From contig CBDFJA010000004.1 of NCBI GenBank assembly GCA_965248365.1, positions 342,187 to 406,186 of the forward strand: 64,000 nucleotides of DNA. Direction: 5' to 3'. Positions 18,936 through 28,505 of this stretch are shown here, piece by piece (position 1 is the first letter of the stretch; each line of letters opens with the position of its first letter). The notes beneath the pieces were generated by a model. The model saw nothing but the letters and a program-made list of their open reading frames with translations, was not told the DNA's origin and did no database searches. A program made the translations under genes and the position numbers. This stretch comes from Bryobacterales bacterium. GTDB lineage: Bacteria > Acidobacteriota > Terriglobia > Bryobacterales > UBA6623.

Positions 18936-19777
18936 CCCGCCAAGAACTCATCGACTTCTTCTCGCGACGGAATCGAGCTTTGCACCCCCGGTTTGGTGAC
19001 CGATAGCGCCCCGGCGGCGGTCGTGTCGAGAGCGGCGACTTCGAACCCGGACACCCACCGGTGTCCCTCCTGAGTAGTCAGCAGGCAGCCGCGGGGTCCG
19101 AGTTTCAGCACCACCGTCCCCGGCCCAAGGGCCAGGAGTTCGTCGGCGACCGCCTCGGCTTGAGCGTCGTCGTCAACCGGCGTGGGGGGCTTCCCGAGAA
19201 GCATGAGTGCTTCATTTTCGTTCGGCGTGAGAAAGTCCACGTTGTGCAGCAACTCCGGGGACAGTTGCCGGGCGGGCGCCGGGTCCAGCATGGTCCTCGC
19301 TCCTTTTGCCTTTGCCTGCGAAAGAGCTCGCTCTACCGATTCGAGAGAGGTTTCCAACTGACAGAGCAGTAAACTCCGCGGGCCGAGGTCGTCCAGCCGG
19401 GCTTCCGCCACTGCGGGGGTGACAGTGGCATTGGCGCCGGCGGAAATCACGATGAGGTTTTCCCCGTCCGGCAAGACGAGGATCACCGCCGTCCCGGTCG
19501 GCTTGTCCGACTTGCCGACGCGCTCAGTGTCGACGCCCGCGGACTGCAGGCTCTCCAGCAGGAGCGACCCCAGGCGGTCGTTTCCGACTTGGCCGACCAT
19601 GGACACGCGAGCGCCCATGCGGCCGGCCGCGCATGCTTGATTCGCGCCCTTGCCCCCGCTGAAGGTTTTGAGATCGCCTCCGGCCAGCGTCTCCCCGGGT
19701 TTAGGAAGGCGGTCAACGGTCTGGACCAGGTCGGCGTTCAAGCTCCCGAAGACGATGATGTCGGAAGGTTCGCTCAT
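18932..19777 (-). CDS. rbsK: Ribokinase (PfkB family) with in-frame C-terminal internal deletion; probably inactive
   Basis: 'GSLNADLV', 'GGKGANQA', 'LTPNENEA', 'VLKLGPRG', but 'DTTAAG' joins directly to 'ALSVTK' with no GD. Confidence 0.85.
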   Translation of the reverse strand: MSEPSDIIVFGSLNADLVQTVDRLPKPGETLAGGDLKTFSGGKGANQACAAGRMGARVSMVGQVGNDRLGSLLLESLQSAGVDTERVGKSDKPTGTAVILVLPDGENLIVISAGANATVTPAVAEARLDDLGPRSLLLCQLETSLESVERALSQAKAKGARTMLDPAPARQLSPELLHNVDFLTPNENEALMLLGKPPTPVDDDAQAEAVADELLALGPGTVVLKLGPRGCLLTTQEGHRWVSGFEVAALDTTAAGALSVTKPGVQSSIPSREEVDEFLAG

Positions 19778-19782
19778 CTAGT

Positions 19783-20922
19783 TCACGAGCTCACCGCGCT
19801 GAGCGCCTCCACGTGTTTGGCGGCGGCCAAGCCGAGCCCCTCAAGGTTGTAGCCGCCTTCTAGGACCGATACTAATCGTCCCGCCGAATGTCTGTCGGCC
19901 AGCTCGAGCAGCAGCTCGGTCAAGTCGGCAAAGTCTTGATCCGTTAACGTGAATTGACCCAGGGGATCTCCGAGACGCGAATCGAATCCGGCCGATACGA
20001 GGATCAGATCGGGCTTGAATTCGTTGGCGGCCGGCAACAGTTTGGTCTGGAACGCACCCAGGATTTCGCTTCGGCCCGCGCCCGCCGGGAAGGGAGCGTT
20101 AATGGTGGCCCCCTTGCCGGGGCCTTCGCCCGTTTCCCACTCTTTGCCTGTGCCGGGATACCAGGGCGACTGGTGCGTGCTGAAGAACAGCACGGAACCA
20201 TCCTGGTAGAAAGTGTCCTGCGTTCCGTTACCGTGGTGAACGTCCCAATCGGCGATCAGCACCCTCTCGAGGTTGTGCCGCTTTTGCGCGTAGCGGGCGG
20301 CGATGGCGATGTTGTTGAAGATGCAAAAGCCCATCCCGCGAGCGGGTGTGGCGTGGTGCCCTGGCGGGCGAACAGCGCAAAACGCATTTGCGGCCCGACC
20401 CTCGACGACGGCGTCAACAGCTTGGAGCACGCCTCCGACGGCTTCCCGGGCAACCGCGTAGGATTTCTCGCTGATCACGGTATCGCCCGTGCTCAGCATG
20501 CGAGCAGCGGCGCCGACATCGCGTTGGACGGTTTCTAAGTACTCAGGGGTATGGCAAAGGAGGATTTCTTCCTCGATCGCCGCGCGGCGATCGAGCTCTT
20601 GCAGGTCCTCCAGCAGCCCCGCTTCCTCGAGCGCTTGGACCACGGCGTCGTAACGTCCCGGCTGCTCGGGGTGTCCCGCGCCCGTCAGGTGCTGTTTGTA
20701 AATCGGGTCAGCGAGCAGAGCCGTCGCGGCCGATTGTTTTTCCGGTCCCTGGGGACTTTTACGGGCCAGTTCGTTCTCTGAGTTACTACCGGGTGCGGCC
20801 ATCGAATCACCTACCACCTGACAAAACACGGCTGTTGTTAGAGCAACGGGCAGCGACAGTATCTGACGCCGTCCCACCGCTTGCCCCGCGGCTTCCTGTC
20901 TCATCTGTGAGTGCGGCCTCAT
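19783..20922 (-). CDS. Histone deacetylase-family (AcuC/APAH-like) Zn deacetylase with putative Tat signal
   Basis: 'GHPEQPGR', 'RPPGHH', 'GFCIFNN', 'DWDVHHGNGT', 'SAGFD', 'LEGGY'; N-terminal 'GRRQIL' plus hydrophobic stretch. Confidence 0.9.
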   Translation of the reverse strand: MRPHSQMRQEAAGQAVGRRQILSLPVALTTAVFCQVVGDSMAAPGSNSENELARKSPQGPEKQSAATALLADPIYKQHLTGAGHPEQPGRYDAVVQALEEAGLLEDLQELDRRAAIEEEILLCHTPEYLETVQRDVGAAARMLSTGDTVISEKSYAVAREAVGGVLQAVDAVVEGRAANAFCAVRPPGHHATPARGMGFCIFNNIAIAARYAQKRHNLERVLIADWDVHHGNGTQDTFYQDGSVLFFSTHQSPWYPGTGKEWETGEGPGKGATINAPFPAGAGRSEILGAFQTKLLPAANEFKPDLILVSAGFDSRLGDPLGQFTLTDQDFADLTELLLELADRHSAGRLVSVLEGGYNLEGLGLAAAKHVEALSAVSS

Positions 20923-20991
20923 GGAGAACTCCTCGATGGTGTGCCCTGGCCCGCGGGTGGCCGTAGCTCACAGTTCGCGCGACGATGCTGT

Positions 20992-22110
20992 TTACGACGT
21001 CCCCCTGGCCGTGGCAACCTTCCAAGACCTGTTCGACAAACGTTGGGAAAGAATATCCCCTAAGGCGCTGAAGACCAGTAGCGCGCCCACGGCCACTTGT
21101 TGGAGAAAGGGAGACACCCCTAAGAGATTGAGCGAGTTGCGGATGATTCGCAGAAAAAGCGTCCCCAACAAAGTGCCCAGCATCGTGCCGGCGCCGCCGT
21201 AGAGGCTCGTTCCTCCGATGACTACGGCCGCGATGACGTTCAGTTCCGCTCCCGTGCCGGCGAGTGTAAGCGCCGAGTTGAGCCGCGCCGCCAACAACAT
21301 GCCGCCCAGCGCGGCTAAGACACCGTTTAAAGCATACAGGGCGAGCATATGACGGCGAACTTGGATCCCTAACAGCCGAGCGGTCTCCGCGTTGTTCCCA
21401 ATGGCAAAGGTATAGCGCCCGAAACGGGTTTTTCGCAGCGCCAAATGGCAGACGAGATAAACGGACGCCATGAGAATCACGAGCATGGGCATGGGCCCCA
21501 GCCTCCCCTTGCCCAAAAATCGGAACGCCTCGGGGAATCTCGAGATCGGATTTCCTCTGGTGGTGAAAAGGACAGTGCCGCGCCCGATGTTCATCGCCGC
21601 CAGCGTCATGATGAACGAGGGAATCCGGGCATAGGCGATGGCAAGTCCGTTGAGCGAGCCGAAGAACAGTCCGATACCGAGACCGCCCAGAAGTCCGACG
21701 GGTACGGGCAAGCCGGCCACGAGCAAGGCAGCGACCGTAATCCCACCCAGCGCCAGTACGGCGCCCACGGAAAGGTCAATGCCGGCGGAGATGATGACAA
21801 AGGTCATTCCCGCGCCCAAGATGGCATCGATCGAAAGCTGTTCGAGGATGTTCAGCAGGTTGCGGATCGTCAGGAACGCTGGCGAGAGAATCGAAACCAC
21901 AGCCATTAGGGCGAGGATGGCGGCGACCAGTATTCTCTGGCGCGTTGGTTGCAAAAAGCGAGGTACGACGGATCCCGGACCCACTGCCAGGCCGTCCGGG
22001 GGTTGCTCCGTGGGTTGATTGGGATCTTTCACGCAACCAATGCTGAGTTCAATCTCCGAACGTCGGCTAGCTGGACGCAGCCGGCTCAGCGCCGTGATCG
22101 TTCGCGACAC
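20992..22110 (-). CDS. Sugar ABC transporter permease (RbsC-like); true start probably downstream
   Basis: 'GMTFVIISAGIDLSVG', 'TRFGRYTFAIGNN', 'ELNVIAAVVIGGTSL'. Confidence 0.92.
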   Translation of the reverse strand: MSRTITALSRLRPASRRSEIELSIGCVKDPNQPTEQPPDGLAVGPGSVVPRFLQPTRQRILVAAILALMAVVSILSPAFLTIRNLLNILEQLSIDAILGAGMTFVIISAGIDLSVGAVLALGGITVAALLVAGLPVPVGLLGGLGIGLFFGSLNGLAIAYARIPSFIMTLAAMNIGRGTVLFTTRGNPISRFPEAFRFLGKGRLGPMPMLVILMASVYLVCHLALRKTRFGRYTFAIGNNAETARLLGIQVRRHMLALYALNGVLAALGGMLLAARLNSALTLAGTGAELNVIAAVVIGGTSLYGGAGTMLGTLLGTLFLRIIRNSLNLLGVSPFLQQVAVGALLVFSALGDILSQRLSNRSWKVATARGTS

Positions 22111-22936
22111 GCGCGCCCTTCGTCTCGGCCCCGATCATCATCAAGCGGACGACTTCCTCGTGTGTTGTCTCTTGAGTGACCAATTCCCCGGAGACTCTTC
22201 CGCTCTTAAGAACGACAATGCGATCCGTGATGGCGAAAACGTCGTCGAGCTCGTGGCTGACGATCATCATCGATATTCCCTGTTCCTTGAAAGCACGAAT
22301 CAATTCCAACGTTCGCCGGGTCTCCTCGACACCGAGGGCCGCCGTCGGCTCATCCATGATGATGACGCGGGAACCCGCATAAACAGCGCGGGCCAGAGCA
22401 ACCGCTTGCCGTTGTCCTCCGGAGAGGAACTTCACCGCCGCGCCGACGTCGAAGTGATAGTTCAACCGCGCGAGCAACTCCCGTGCTTTGGCTTTCATGG
22501 CCTCCTCGTCCAGCCATCGAAGACCCAGAGACCTTTTGCACAATTCGCGCCCCATGAAAATGTTGGCTGCCGCACTCAAGCGGTCGAGCAGCGCCAGGTC
22601 CTGATACATCGTTTCAATGCCCAAGCTCGTAGCGTCGGACGGCCCTCGGAGATGGACCGTGCGGCCTTCCATCCGTATCTCACCGCTGTCGGGACCGAGA
22701 GCGCCGGAGATCAACTTGATCAGGGTTGATTTGCCGGCTCCGTTGGCGCCCACCAGACCGACCGTCTCTCCATGGCCGAGGCGTAGGCTGACGTTGTCCA
22801 ACGCGAACACTCCACCGAAATGCTTGCCGACGCCCGCGAGTTCGAGCAGGCTGGGAGCGGTCAACGTATTTTCTCTCGCCGACATCTGGGCGTTTTCATT
22901 GATCGAGACACTGGCACGGTCTCGGAGGTTTCTCAC
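22067..22936 (-). CDS. Sugar ABC transporter ATP-binding protein (single NBD)
   Basis: Walker A 'GANGAGKST', 'LSGGQRQ', 'IMDEPTAALG', 'IVSH'. Confidence 0.93.
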   Translation of the reverse strand: MRNLRDRASVSINENAQMSARENTLTAPSLLELAGVGKHFGGVFALDNVSLRLGHGETVGLVGANGAGKSTLIKLISGALGPDSGEIRMEGRTVHLRGPSDATSLGIETMYQDLALLDRLSAAANIFMGRELCKRSLGLRWLDEEAMKAKARELLARLNYHFDVGAAVKFLSGGQRQAVALARAVYAGSRVIIMDEPTAALGVEETRRTLELIRAFKEQGISMMIVSHELDDVFAITDRIVVLKSGRVSGELVTQETTHEEVVRLMMIGAETKGARVANDHGAEPAASS

Positions 22937-23072
22937 CCGGTCAGGCAGTTCTCAAACGCCTCGCCAGCAAATGCACCCCGGCGGGCGCTTCAAGATCGGG
23001 GGATGACCAACCTAACAATCTTACTTGAGGGGAACCCGTCGGCGTTGGCGTTTGGGAGGGCGAGCGGACGAG

Positions 23073-24149
23073 CTATTTCTTAGAGAGGTACTGCTCCAGG
23101 TTCTCGGCGGTTACAAGTTCCGTGCCCGAATGGATGAAACTAGGGACCGGCTTGCCGAGGTGAAAGTCAGCGATGCTCTGAACACCCGCGAATCCCATAT
23201 TTTCGGGGAACTGCGCTACGGTCGCGTCCAGGCGCCCGGTCTGGATCGCCTCCAACTCTTGTTCGCCGGCGTTGCGGGCAACGATCCACAGGTCCTTGCC
23301 GGGGTTCTTGCCGACAGCCATCGCGGCTTCGGGCGCGCAGGTGTTCGCTTGGCCGCCGAAGACGAACAGTCCGCGGAGATCGGGGTGTGCCGTGATCAGG
23401 TCGGTGGTCGCGTTATAGGCTTTTTCACAATAAGGAACCGCAACCGGCGCTCCGACAAGCTCAAGGCCGGGATGGTCTTGCAGTCTTTTTTCAAAAGCCG
23501 CCAGCATCTTGCGGCAGGAGGAGATCGTTTGTTTGCAGATGAGCGCCGCAACTTTCCCCGAACCCCCAAGGCTCTCGGCCAAACGGTCGGCAGCCATGAT
23601 GGACGCCCTGATATTGTCGGTCGCGGTTAAGGTCAACAGCTTCCCGCCGTTCACTCCCACGTCGATCGCCGCCACCGGAATGCCGGCTTCATTCGCTCTC
23701 TCCACCGGGGCCACAAGGGCGTCGGAGTCGACCGGAGCCAGGACAATACCGTCCACGCCCTTTTGCACGACGTCTTCCACCATGGCAACCTGCTCGGCGA
23801 TGTTGGCCTCATCGATCGGGCTCAGCACCCCCAAGTCGATGTTCAGGCTCTCCGCTGCCCTCCGCCCGCCCCTGATAGCATGCAGCCAAAAAGGGTCGGT
23901 GGTCGATTTGACGATGAAGGCAACGCGCAAACGGGCCGGCGAAGTTCCCGATTCGTCAGAAGGCGGAGCGCCACAGCCCAGCGTCATGAGAGCGGCGACC
24001 ACCAGCAGCAAGAAAGCCGGCGCCGCCCCTAGCAGCCGGGCAACGGTCGTTCGGCGCCCGGTCCCCACAGCCGGCGAGTTCGGCTTGCCGGAGTTCATGA
24101 TCGTCGGGTCGTTGGGTTTGTCGGTGTCGAATTCGATGTTTCTCATCAT
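23073..24149 (-). CDS. Sugar ABC transporter substrate-binding lipoprotein (RbsB-like)
   Basis: Lipobox 'MTLGC', 'DPFW', 'VDGIVLAPVD', 'GIPVAAID', 'ATVAQFP'. Confidence 0.9.
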   Translation of the reverse strand: MMRNIEFDTDKPNDPTIMNSGKPNSPAVGTGRRTTVARLLGAAPAFLLLVVAALMTLGCGAPPSDESGTSPARLRVAFIVKSTTDPFWLHAIRGGRRAAESLNIDLGVLSPIDEANIAEQVAMVEDVVQKGVDGIVLAPVDSDALVAPVERANEAGIPVAAIDVGVNGGKLLTLTATDNIRASIMAADRLAESLGGSGKVAALICKQTISSCRKMLAAFEKRLQDHPGLELVGAPVAVPYCEKAYNATTDLITAHPDLRGLFVFGGQANTCAPEAAMAVGKNPGKDLWIVARNAGEQELEAIQTGRLDATVAQFPENMGFAGVQSIADFHLGKPVPSFIHSGTELVTAENLEQYLSKK

Positions 24150-24394
24150 CTCAAACAGTCCCCGGCGCGATCTTCGTCAGCGCGGGATCTTCCTGGTGCG
24201 GCCCAACCTTATCATCTTGCATGTGCTGATAAGCGGTCTGTCAAATCAGCGAGTCAAAATGATGGCCCTCTCACACGCTTCGCCTCGCCACGCGATGATA
24301 AAAGCGGGCTAGAGTCGAGGAATACGAGAGCCGCGGACTCGGCCCAGGGCGGCCAGTCTTGTCTGAGGTGGACACAGCATCTCCGCGCTTGCCG

Positions 24395-25232
24395 CTAATC
24401 AACGAGCTGAACCGGCCTCGGGGTTACGAAAGCACCTTCTTCCAAGAAGCGGACCATCTCGTCGGCTACGAAGCGATGGCCGTCGGGGTTGAGATGGGCC
24501 AGGTCGGCGAACAATTCGGCCCCTCCATGATCTGCCAGTAAGGGGTAGAGGTCGTGCAGCGGTATTTCCATTTCCCGGCAGATTTCGCTCATCCTGCGTT
24601 GGGGGTAAAGGACCCGAGGCAACTCGCTTTGGACGAGTTCCTCGTCGAATTGAGGCACGAAGGGGAAGGCGGCAACCGCCAGACGGCCGCCGATGCTTTC
24701 GACCGAGCGCTGGATGGCCGCAAGCTGTTCTTTGACAAACTCCCAGGAGTCCTCCTGCCACGCCTTGGCAAAGCCGGGGTAGCGCTCCCAGGGGTATTTC
24801 GCCTGGTTCAGACGCATTTGCATCAGTGCAAACCGCAGCCGCAAGACCAGGTAGCTTCTCTTGGGAAGCCACGCCAGAGGATCCCCTTCGTCGGGTACAA
24901 AGTCGCGGCGAGCCTGTTCGGTCAGCAGCAAGCCGATTGCAACTTCCTTGTCGAAGCGGTGAAGGAATCTCTCGTTGTCGTTGAGCGCGTATTGCAGAAC
25001 GACCAGGTCGGGCTCAAGAGAGAGGAGGCGACTTTCCAGCAGTAATCTTTCTTGGTAGATCGTGTATCCGATGATCGCGGCGTTGATGACCTCGGCCCGT
25101 CCCCTCAATTGCTCCCCAATCATGGCTACCCAGTTGTCCTTAGGCTCGTTAAAACGCGGGGCCGCGACAGAATCGCCGAGCACGATGATTCGCATTGGCC
25201 CTTTAGGGTCTTTCGCGGCGATTTCGGCGCCT
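24395..25232 (-). pseudogene. SGNH/GDSL hydrolase, 3' portion (split by IS630)
   Basis: 'IIVLGDS', 'GYTIYQE', 'ALND', 'DLAHLNPDGH'; frame continues upstream as GAEIAAKDPKGP up to the IS end. Confidence 0.85.
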
Positions 25233-25234
25233 TA

Positions 25235-26331
25235 TTGAATCTCGCATAATATCGAGTTAGTCAAGGCCAAGAGAAGACTGCTTCCAGAAGGCCGTAATCA
25301 AGCGCGGTTTGCGGCGCATGCGACGCAGGGATTTGCGGGCACGCTCGTCCAGCTCCCAGTAGTCCTTCGGACAGACGTTCGGCAACTCGTGCTGCTTCCA
25401 GTAAGCCCAAATGTATTCCACCGGGTTCAGCTCCGGTGCATAGGGCGGCAAGCACTCCGTGGCGATGTGGCCTTCGGAGAGCTCGATGAACTCCCGCACC
25501 AGGCGGCTGCGGTGCACCGGCAGGCGGTCCCAGACGATCAGCAGCGGGCCGTCGATGTGGCGGACCAAAGCCTTCAGGAAGTCGATGACCTCCAGCTCGC
25601 CGATGGCGCCGGGATAGAGCCGGAAGTAGAAGTTGCGCAAGGTCAGCCCGGCGGAAACGGAAAGTTTCTGCCAGTTGAAGTTGAACTCCAGCACGGGTGT
25701 CTCGCCGCGGGGCGCCCAGGTGCGGCAACGATGGGGCTTCTGACTCAGTCCGCTTTCGTCGATGAAGACGATCGTGCGGCCTTGTTTTTGGGCTTTTTTT
25801 TAGTGGCCGGCCAAGTCTTGCGCCGCCAGTTGCGGATGGCTTCTTCGTTGCGCTCGCGGGCCTTGCCGACAGGCCGTTGCGGGCTCCAGTGGAGCGCCCG
25901 CAGGATCTTCCAAACATGACCTTCGTGATAGCGCGCGCCGAACTCGTCGGCGATCAGACGAGCGACTCGCGGACAAGTCCACAGCGGCGTCGAGAAGCCC
26001 TGCGCTTCGGGGCCCCGCAGCAGCATTGCCTCCAGACGTTCCCGTTGCGTGGCGTCTAACAGCGGCTTGCGGCCGGCGCGCCCGGCCCGGCGGAGTCCGG
26101 CGGCACCGTGCGCGCCATGCTCGCTAACCCAACGGCTCACGCTTTGCTGCGCCGCCTTCACGCGCCGTGCTGCCTCGGACTGACTCAAACCTTCGTCAAC
26201 GACCAGCCGCACGGCCTCCAGCCGTCGCTTTTCCAGAGCATCAAAATCGCGCCTTACGCCTCTTGGGTTCCCCATGTCTATTAAGACGAGCAGAACCCCC
26301 AAAAGATTACTCTATATTATGCGGGAGTCAA
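25235..26331 (-). mobile_element. IS630-family insertion sequence, copy 1
   Basis: IR TTGAATCTCGCATAATAT / ATATTATGCGGGAGTCAA flanked by TA at 25233-4 and 26332-3 (TTAA context). Confidence 0.93.
25257..26275 (-). CDS. IS630 transposase, two ORFs joined by a predicted -1 frameshift
   Basis: ORF-A HTH (25745-26275); slippery A-AAA-AAG; -1 frame gives 'IVFIDESG...VWDRL...PELNPVE'. Confidence 0.85.
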
Positions 26332-26333
26332 TA

Positions 26334-26563
26334 ATGCCGAGAGAGTTGACATCGGGTTGATTCGGGTTGTACGTGAAACTCAGTTCCGGATCGGGCGCCA
26401 TGCCATGGTCTTTCGCCCCGAAGGAAGTGGGAACGCGATCTTCTGATTCCCAGATCGACGCCCATGCTCCCCGGAAGCCGGCTTCCTCCCGCACTCGTAC
26501 AATAAACTCTCCGACCAACAAGCCGACAAACACACTCAGCAGCAGAGCGAACAAACGTTTCAT
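26334..26563 (-). pseudogene. SGNH hydrolase, 5' portion (membrane anchor through NSLGI)
   Basis: 'MKRLFALLLSVFVGLLVGEFIVR...PDPELSFTYNPN...VNSLGI' ends at the IS630 boundary. Confidence 0.8.
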
Positions 26564-26763
26564 TGCTCCGCTCCAGGGCTTCGACTGAGACGGCTTCCCT
26601 CCGTCTTCAAGGCTATGGCTTGAAGGTCCGGCGTCGTATGACCGTACAAGGTCGACAAGGTCGCATGCCCGTATCGGACTCTTCGCCCAGCCCTTCGTGC
26701 TACTGGCGGAAGGGGCCAAACGACCGGCTTGCCCGGTTTCTCGACTATCACTTTAGTTAGCTC

Positions 26764-26964
26764 CTAAAACAACGTGTAGATAAACGGAAAAGCCGCGGTC
26801 CCGGACATCAATACCAAAGCGCTCACCAGCAGCAGAATTACGAGCAATGGAGCGAGCCACCACTTCTTGTTGTGGCGGAGCCACTGCACCAACTCGGAGA
26901 GGAGACCCGTCGGCGCTTGCTCCGCCTGCTTGGCGAACTCTTGAACACGATCTTGGTCGGTCAT
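26764..26964 (-). CDS. DUF5989-family small membrane protein
   Basis: 'KKWWLAPLLVILLL...AAFPFIYTLF' signature. Confidence 0.85.
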   Translation of the reverse strand: MTDQDRVQEFAKQAEQAPTGLLSELVQWLRHNKKWWLAPLLVILLLVSALVLMSGTAAFPFIYTLF

Positions 26965-26992
26965 AGGCCGGCTTCTCCCTGGCTCGCTTTTG

Positions 26993-27061
26993 TCAAAACT
27001 GCTGAAAGTAGCGACTCCTTTTTTCTGCTCCGATGTAAGGCGCCCAGTACGACTCCGTAGT
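26993..27061 (-). pseudogene. Last 22 codons of an SxtJ-family membrane protein, truncated by IS4 copy 2
   Basis: Translates TTESYWAPYIGAEKRSRYFQQF*; position directly upstream of DUF5989 fits the known SxtJ-DUF5989-SGNH gene order. Confidence 0.6.
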
Positions 27062-28390
27062 CAGTGCTGTCCGGGAAAAGTCGCGCCATTGGACGGTAAG
27101 TCTCGACCGCTCAATGTCTTATGGCCTGTTTTGCCCGGGAACGATTTGAAATCCCGAGGCCGCAAATGGTCGCCTGAACGGAGCATCCGGACGCGGCACA
27201 ATGAGGGATGAACCTTGGCCGTACGGTTTTCTCCCAACTGATCGAGCACCTACCGAGCAAAGAGTTTCAGAAATGTGTATCGCGCTACCGCGGCGATTCC
27301 TATCTGAAAAGTTTCTCCTGCTGGGATCAGTTTCTTGCGATGGCATTCGCCCAGCTGACCTATCGGGCAAGCCTCCGCGACATCGAGACGTGCCTGCGTT
27401 CGATGCACGGCAAACTCTACCACATGGGATTCCGCGGCAGGGTAGCGCGCTCGACACTGGCCGATGCGAACGAGTCGCGCGACTGGCGGATCTACGCGGA
27501 CTTCGCGCAGGTCTTGATTGGCATGGCACGGCCGTTATATGCCCACGACCCGATCGGTGTGGACTTGGACCAGACTCTGTACGCTCTCGACTCGACAACA
27601 ATCGACCTCTGCCTGTCGCTGTTTCCGTGGGCGAGATTCCGCAAGCAAAAGGCCGCCGTGAAGATGCACACGCTGCTGGATCTGCACGGCAATATTCCCA
27701 CGTTCATCCGCATTACTGGAGGCAAAGTGCACGACATCAACATCCTCGACGAGATCGGCCCGGAGGCCGGCGCGTTCTACGTCATGGATCGGGCCTACGT
27801 CGATTTCGAACGCCTCTTCGTGTTCACTCTCTGCTCGTCGTTCTTCGTCGTGCGAACCAAGAAGAACATCTTGCTCCAACGGCGCTACTCGCATCCCGTC
27901 GACAAATCCACGGGCTTGCGCTCGGATCAGACCGTCATACTGGCTGCCATCGAATCGGCCCAAGCCTATCCCGACCCGTTGCGGAGGGTCAGTTACTTCG
28001 ACGCCCGGACGAACAAGCGGCTGAAGTTTCTGACCAACAACTTCGCGCTCCCGGCGCTGACCATCGCCCACATCTACAAGTCGCGTTGGCAGATTGAGTT
28101 GTTCTTCAAGTGGATCAAGCAACATCTGCGAATCAACTCGTTTTACGGCACCAGCGAGAACGCCGTCAAGACGCAGATCCGGATCGCTGTCTCGATTTAC
28201 GTGCTCATCGCCATCGTCCGGAAACGGCTCGGGCTGGAAGCGAGTCTTTACCAGATTCTACAGATTCTCAGCGTTACGCAATTCGAAAAAATGCCCCTTT
28301 TACAGGCACTCCAGCCATCCGACTCCCCAAACGAATCCCCCTATGACCCCAACCAATTGATTCTATTCGACTTTTAACCGGACAGCAGTG
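27062..28390 (+). mobile_element. IS4-family insertion sequence, copy 2
   Basis: Same IRs and 1329-bp length; no target duplication (CTCCGTAGT vs ATCCTAAGT). Confidence 0.96.
27208..28377 (+). CDS. IS4 transposase
   Basis: Near-identical to copy 1; KTQIRIAV instead of KTHIWIAV. Confidence 0.95.
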   Translation: MNLGRTVFSQLIEHLPSKEFQKCVSRYRGDSYLKSFSCWDQFLAMAFAQLTYRASLRDIETCLRSMHGKLYHMGFRGRVARSTLADANESRDWRIYADFAQVLIGMARPLYAHDPIGVDLDQTLYALDSTTIDLCLSLFPWARFRKQKAAVKMHTLLDLHGNIPTFIRITGGKVHDINILDEIGPEAGAFYVMDRAYVDFERLFVFTLCSSFFVVRTKKNILLQRRYSHPVDKSTGLRSDQTVILAAIESAQAYPDPLRRVSYFDARTNKRLKFLTNNFALPALTIAHIYKSRWQIELFFKWIKQHLRINSFYGTSENAVKTQIRIAVSIYVLIAIVRKRLGLEASLYQILQILSVTQFEKMPLLQALQPSDSPNESPYDPNQLILFDF

Positions 28391-28505
28391 ATCCTAAGTG
28401 TAGAGCAATTCAGAAGCCGTTCCGAGGCGAAGGCCGAGCGACCTTCTTGCCCGGATCTGATCAGGCTCCGGCGCGAAGCGGGGCCCGTGATATCCTGAAA
28501 ATGCG

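Noticed and set aside
26560-26751. 63-aa ORF between DUF5989 and the SGNH gene
   Set aside because: No RBS or credible motif; more likely intergenic
26764-27061. Saxitoxin biosynthesis implied by the SxtJ-like remnant
   Set aside because: SxtJ/DUF5989 homologues are widespread outside toxin clusters and no core sxt genes are present
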